Assembly: GCA_013285505.1 (NCBI GenBank) | Contig: CP053450.1 | Coordinates: 292,796 to 356,795, forward strand | Length of the DNA stretch: 64,000 bases | DNA from: Planctomycetota bacterium | Lineage (GTDB): Bacteria > Planctomycetota > Phycisphaerae > Phycisphaerales > UBA1924 | Direction: 5' to 3' | Shown here: one piece after another, positions 61,933-64,000 of the stretch | Position numbering within the stretch: the stretch's first letter is position 1 | Layout of the letters: each line of letters starts with the position of its first letter | The notes under the pieces: model-generated | What the model was told of the DNA's origin: nothing | Database searches by the model: none | The model's input: the letters and a program-made list of their open reading frames with translations, nothing else | Program-made: the position numbers and the translations under genes

Positions 61933-63369
61933 CTACGCCATCGCCCGCATCGCCACCAGCATCAGACACATGATCGTCGCGTTGTGCAGGCAGTGGGCGG
62001 TCATCGCGCCGATGATCGAGCCCCGCCACTCGCGGATCAGCGCAAAGGTCACACCCAGCGCGATCAGCGGTCCGACCATCAGCGGGCCGTAGCTGTGCAT
62101 GAACGCAAAGAGGAACGCGGTCGCGACAGTGCAGACCAGCACCCCCGCCCGCCCGCGCAGGTGGCGGTAGACCGCCCCACGGAAGAGGGTCTCCTCGGCG
62201 ATCGGCGCCCAGATTGTCGCGAGCGTGATCAGCAGGATGATCGTCACGAAGTCGGCGCTCTGCAGCATCTCCAGGATCGGGTTGCTCGGCGGGCTCTCGG
62301 GCTCGCCAAAGATCGCGGCCGAGGCAAATGTCAGCAGGACCGTCACGATCATGCCCATCACGAGGATCGGCACGCCCGCGAAGTAGCCCGCCACACCAGC
62401 GAGGATCTCGCGGAACACGCCGTTGGGTGCGGTCCACCCGACGGCACCGCGCCAGTCGCGCAGCCGCACGCCGCGGAGCACCGGCCAGAACAGCGTCAGC
62501 AGCAGCATCCACTGCGCCGCCATCGAGAGGCGCACCACCACGGTCGCGTCGGAGATCAGCTTCGAGGCCACAACCCCGAGCACCTGCACCAGCCCGAAGC
62601 CCAGCAGGAAAACCGCGAACGTCTCGAGGAAGACACTGCCCCCGGGCGCGGGCGCCTCGAACCGCCACCGGAGCCGCCTCGTCGCCATCATCACGATCGC
62701 GACGATGAACATCGTCAGCCCCGCCAAACCCCACACCGCCAGCAGCACAAAGACGAAGAGCAGGAAACCGATCGCCCACGAGAGATCGTCGTAGAGCGCC
62801 TCCCGCGCGGCCGTATCACTCTCGGGCGTCGTGGCGAGCCTGCCCAGCCACCCGTACCGATCGACCAGACGTGCCCGGGCGTCGTCCGGCAGCTCGTCGA
62901 GCCCACGGGTGTAGAGCGTCTCCATCGCCGCAGCGTCGAGGATCACCTCGTCGTCAACGACATACTCCTGATCTTCGGGCGCCGGCGTGCCGGTGTCCGG
63001 GTCGTCGGGTGCCCGGACCAGCGCCCACCGCGGCGACGGGAGCGAGGCCTCGGGCGTTTCGCGCGGGGCCTGCCCGCTCGCCGTGCGGACCGTCGCCAGG
63101 TGATCGAGCGCGCTGTCAACCCCCTCCGACTCACCCAGCAGCAGCACGCCCTGGAGCCGGTCGGCCGGGTGTGTGCTGGCCTCGATCTGCGTGAAGGCCG
63201 CTTGGGCGAACTGGCCCGGGGCCCCCATCCCCTCGAACGCCCGCTCGATGAGCATCATCAGCTTGGCCATCTCGCCGCCCCGCGGCTCGCGGCCGAGCTG
63301 CTTCTCCGGGGGTGTTATGTAGGACGACATGTTCTGCGAGACCGCGATCAGCAGATAGAGCAGGGTCAC
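61933..63369 (-). CDS. CPBP-family intramembrane glutamic endopeptidase (CAAX protease-like); true start may be ATG 63518
   Basis: PIAEETLFRGAVY, FLFAFMH and HCLHNATI are the three CPBP motifs, with multiple TM helices. The track start (GTG 63369) sits inside a TM-like stretch (..RWLALIAVTLLYLLIAV). Confidence 0.8.
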   Translation of the reverse strand: MTLLYLLIAVSQNMSSYITPPEKQLGREPRGGEMAKLMMLIERAFEGMGAPGQFAQAAFTQIEASTHPADRLQGVLLLGESEGVDSALDHLATVRTASGQAPRETPEASLPSPRWALVRAPDDPDTGTPAPEDQEYVVDDEVILDAAAMETLYTRGLDELPDDARARLVDRYGWLGRLATTPESDTAAREALYDDLSWAIGFLLFVFVLLAVWGLAGLTMFIVAIVMMATRRLRWRFEAPAPGGSVFLETFAVFLLGFGLVQVLGVVASKLISDATVVVRLSMAAQWMLLLTLFWPVLRGVRLRDWRGAVGWTAPNGVFREILAGVAGYFAGVPILVMGMIVTVLLTFASAAIFGEPESPPSNPILEMLQSADFVTIILLITLATIWAPIAEETLFRGAVYRHLRGRAGVLVCTVATAFLFAFMHSYGPLMVGPLIALGVTFALIREWRGSIIGAMTAHCLHNATIMCLMLVAMRAMA

Positions 63370-63897
63370 GGCGATGAGTGCCAGCCAGCGACTCCCCGGG
63401 GTGCCCAGATCAGGCGAGGTGCGGCCCCGTCCGGGCCCGTCGCCTCCGCCGGACGCCCCCCCATCGGCTGCGGCTCTGTGCGGTGGTGGTCAGGCAGCGA
63501 CGGGTGAGAATCGGTCATGGGTCTCATCATCGGCATCCCGCGAGCGGGTCGCCACTTGAAGGGGGATGTCAGGGTGTGTGGCGGGTCCGCGGCGGTGGAT
63601 GCGTGGCGTCGTCGGGCGCAGAATCGGGGCGTCAGCCGGCGGGCCGTGCCGCGGTGTGGCCCGGCCCGGGGCTTGACCGCCCCGTCCGGCCGGATATTCT
63701 TCGAGGTTCCCGATTCGCTGGTGTGGGCCTGGGAGGCCCCCGCGAGCGTCAGAGACTGAATCTTGTCGGTCGGATCGTTGATCCTTCCGGCCCGCCCCGC
63801 CCGGTAGGCGGCGAGTTAAGCACCCAGGCGTGATTGGCGTGGATTTCGTACCACCCATGCACGCATCAGCGTGGGCGATTGCGCCCCGGAGGTTCCG

Positions 63898-64000
63898 ATG
63901 CTTCGGCGACAGACTTATTCAGCCAAACCCGGCGACGTGGACAAGAAGTGGCACGTCGTGGACGCCGACAGCGTGTCGCTCGGCCGGCTCGCTTCGGACG
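63898..64000 (+). CDS. rplM: 50S ribosomal protein L13 (first 34 codons; continues beyond the right edge)
   Basis: ATG 63898 after [39 protein letters not shown] matches the conserved L13 N-terminus (..W.V.DA....LGRLAS). Confidence 0.85.
   Translation, partial: MLRRQTYSAKPGDVDKKWHVVDADSVSLGRLASD

Noticed and set aside
63540-63897. Possible small RNA or tRNA in the 360-nt spacer upstream of rplM
   Set aside because: There is no cloverleaf-compatible arms or GGTTCGA-type T-loop, and no recognisable riboswitch or L13-leader features by eye. The listed ORFs here (63378..63833, 63490..63858) have shadow-like composition.

Overview
High-G+C bacterial chromosomal segment. Hand counts on sample 60-nt lines give about 60-70% G+C, and one internal island drops to about 43-50%. 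Gene content points to Planctomycetota, probably a Phycisphaerae-like organism: DUF1559-type prepilin-like proteins, an ECF sigma + Ser/Thr kinase pair, a LEDRTLLS-type N-terminal motif and PEP-CTERM tails. This is inference; no search was run, and all homology calls come from motif recognition by eye. I support about 47 protein-coding genes or pseudogenes and saw no rRNA, tRNA, CRISPR, transposase or integrase. Housekeeping anchors are nuoG (partial), lpdA, a THUMP RNA methyltransferase, tkt, dnaN, bamA-skp-lpxD-lpxC, a CPBP protease and rplM (partial). Four themes stand out. (1) Thirteen secreted proteins with unrelated passenger domains all end in the same Cys-bracketed double EF-hand/dockerin-like module with a C-terminal Cys (54 residues in 11 of them; GC-type dockerin). 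No cohesin-like partner is recognisable in the window, and paralog sets swap this tail for PEP-CTERM tails, which marks it as a surface anchoring or sorting device. (2) Tail-fibre-like proteins plus small dockerin proteins sit in a mirrored arrangement around a giant GH5-like protein, next to an ECF sigma/kinase pair. (3) A low-G+C orphan-gene island lies downstream of lpdA. It is bounded by a synonymously recoded duplicate of the lpdA 3' end, is internally modular (duplicated DUF2726 3' junction) and is interleaved with hairpin-array repeats. (4) There are at least 13 apparent frameshifts, several at G/C homopolymers and two in essential genes (bamA, lpxD). The sequence very likely carries indel errors, so every pseudogene call here is provisional. 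Most long ORFs in the supplied track are antisense or off-frame shadows of real genes, as expected at this G+C.
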